Positions 55,508-56,778 of a stretch of 56,778 nt of DNA are shown here, in pieces; the first letter of the stretch is position 1; every line of letters starts with the position of its first letter. The stretch is from IMG/VR virus record IMGVR_UViG_3300025892_000024, positions 1 to 56,778 of that record; one strand, 5' to 3'. The translations under genes and the position numbers were made by a program. The DNA is from a virus. Lineage: Duplodnaviria > Caudoviricetes. The notes below the pieces were generated by a model. That model was not told the DNA's origin and did not search any database. It saw only the letters and a program-made list of their open reading frames with translations.

Positions 55508-56232
55508 TCCGATGTTGTTCCATCAAAAGAGGATTGCCCTTGTAATTCTTCTAGATATCGCATGTATCTGAGGTCTAGCCATATCCCGCACAGGTCAACT
55601 TCGCCTGTGCTGTGATTCTTAACTTCCATAATCTCAATCCCCTGCCCTTGGTGTTCTAAACACATCTGATAAAACGGTTCCATGGCCTCGACTAATTTTG
55701 GTTTTGATTTAGTTGTTGAGGCTTTTTTTTGTATTGGAACTAACTTAATATTTCTCTTCTTCCAAAGCCAAACCGAGTGTTGGCTTTGATTATCAATATG
55801 CTGGGCCAATTTCCACTGTGTAAGGAGCCAATAAATCATCAGCAACTCAGGGGCATATCCTGACATTAACATATATCCTGAGTCGATGTTAGATAGGGCG
55901 GTGAATGGTGCGGGTTTACCACTCAAATGATCTGTGAAAAATTGAGAAGCAAGGGTTTTCCCTCCCTCCATAGGTTTCATTGTGTCAGGGTCAAGCAAAG
56001 GGACATTGTATGCATCGGGCCCTAGCGCAGCCAACATAATGCCAGTGACGCAGCATTGCCCTTGTTCATTGAATTTGATGAAGCCATATTTTCTTGCAGG
56101 CCGTAAGAACTTTCTAGCCTTTTTGATATTTTTTTTCCGTCGCTTTATCGGGTCGGGATCTTGGTCGAAATCGAATTTCGCATTTGCGGTGTAGTCCACA
56201 TGAGGGTCCATCATCATGTAAAGCCAAGGCAT
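55504..56232 (-). CDS. Hypothetical protein (242 aa)
   Basis: Long ORF in the minus-strand block. Confidence 0.75.
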   Translation of the reverse strand: MPWLYMMMDPHVDYTANAKFDFDQDPDPIKRRKKNIKKARKFLRPARKYGFIKFNEQGQCCVTGIMLAALGPDAYNVPLLDPDTMKPMEGGKTLASQFFTDHLSGKPAPFTALSNIDSGYMLMSGYAPELLMIYWLLTQWKLAQHIDNQSQHSVWLWKKRNIKLVPIQKKASTTKSKPKLVEAMEPFYQMCLEHQGQGIEIMEVKNHSTGEVDLCGIWLDLRYMRYLEELQGQSSFDGTTSE

Positions 56233-56307
56233 TCGTCCGCATAAATCAACCGCATAGTGAAATATTAGCTGAAGCTCTTATATCTATTACGCTCATGGGG
56301 GTAACTG

Positions 56308-56430
56308 ATGGCCGAATGCGAATATGAAATGATGTATCCTTATTGTATCAAATCTAATGGGAAAAAATGCAAAGTTGTGTTGTTTTACTCTGATTGGGAA
56401 GAATGCCCTTTTTGCGACACTAAATCTTAG
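56308..56430 (+). CDS. Small Cys-rich/Zn-finger protein (40 aa)
   Basis: Own translation MAECEYEMMYPYCIKSNGKKCKVVLFYSDWEECPFCDTKS; GGGGGT SD. Confidence 0.45.
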   Translation: MAECEYEMMYPYCIKSNGKKCKVVLFYSDWEECPFCDTKS

Positions 56431-56778
56431 CTTGCATTATATCCCATACAGTAGACTCACAAGACCAATTCCTTAACGCACTAACAGGTCGCTTAATGGT
56501 TGGAATCATTTCACGTTGCAATCTTGCAAGACCTGGCTTAAATGGTTCAAATATCGGGTGTTCAGACATTCGATTTGTATTCCAATGATTTTCCCAGTTT
56601 TCATCCAACCATACATCAGCTTTGTTAGCCACCAAACCTACTACTGCCGGACGATATGTTTTTGCTTTCTTCTTCATAGATTTAGTTTCAAAACCGTAAT
56701 CTCTTGAAACAATGCATTCTACAAATCGATTGAAAGCATCAACTTGTGATGTGTCTTGAGGATTAGCCAAGTGTCTAT
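56420..56778 (-). CDS. 5'-truncated small (Ras/Arf-like) GTPase, C-terminal half
   Basis: VVGLVANKAD (G4 NKxD) and VSAL (G5); frame stays open to the window edge, so G1/G3 lie outside the window. Confidence 0.65.
   Translation of the reverse strand, partial: RHLANPQDTSQVDAFNRFVECIVSRDYGFETKSMKKKAKTYRPAVVGLVANKADVWLDENWENHWNTNRMSEHPIFEPFKPGLARLQREMIPTIKRPVSALRNWSCESTVWDIMQAKI

Larger units (their letters stand above)
1..56778. mobile_element. Segment of a large archaeal dsDNA virus/provirus, probably tailless with an internal membrane (Halopanivirales-like)
   Basis: Near-gapless co-oriented genes that are mostly orphans; packaging-type ATPase; jelly-roll-like capsid candidates; basic core protein; many small TM and Zn-finger proteins; thermosome; serine recombinase; archaeal SD motifs; no cellular housekeeping operons. 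Confidence 0.8.

Noticed and set aside
1-56778. Tailed magrovirus-type or other Caudoviricetes assignment suggested by the chaperonin, ligase and fibre motif
   Set aside because: No terminase, portal, HK97 capsid or tail genes recognised, whereas a packaging-type FtsK/HerA ATPase and many membrane proteins are present; cannot be fully excluded outside the window
1-56778. Bacterial or eukaryotic host suggested by guanylate kinase, serine recombinase, YbjQ and small GTPase
   Set aside because: GGTGA-type SD motifs, operon-style overlaps, group II chaperonin, RHH and Zn-finger genes fit an archaeal host better; the bacterial-like parts are mobile modules
1-56778. tRNA, rRNA or known ncRNA genes
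   Set aside because: No cloverleaf or rRNA-like segment seen and intergenic gaps are short; a tRNAscan-SE/Infernal run would be needed to exclude them formally

Overview
The window is a dense, mostly + strand stretch of a large dsDNA virus or provirus genome that runs off both ends. The host is most likely an archaeon: archaeal-type GAGGTGA/GGGGGT ribosome-binding sites, a group II chaperonin, two ribbon-helix-helix regulators and many small Zn-finger genes point that way. A marine Thermoplasmatota (Poseidoniales-like) host is a weaker inference. No terminase, portal, HK97 capsid or tail-tube gene is recognisable. Instead there is an FtsK/HerA-type packaging ATPase, a probable single-jelly-roll capsid gene split by a 1-nt frameshift, a histone-H1-like basic membrane protein, many small membrane proteins and duplicated beta-rich virion proteins. 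This fits an unusually large tailless, membrane-containing (Halopanivirales-like) virus. The most striking feature is a set of giant proteins (2789, 1107 and 1005 aa) built from unrelated enzyme and other modules: DNA ligase plus a dead ligase copy, guanylate kinase, ART-like, macro-like, DUF3140-like, winged helix, Zn-amidohydrolase, JAB and YbjQ. Almost every module boundary carries an Asn-Pro(-Pro) motif, suggesting a motif-punctuated, proteolytically or autocatalytically processed cargo polyprotein system. A second recurring motif (x-L-G-[SAY]) marks small membrane proteins, and a Cys/His papain-like candidate maturation protease, a serine recombinase and a small GTPase are also present. 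All family assignments come from motif recognition by eye; no database searches were run.
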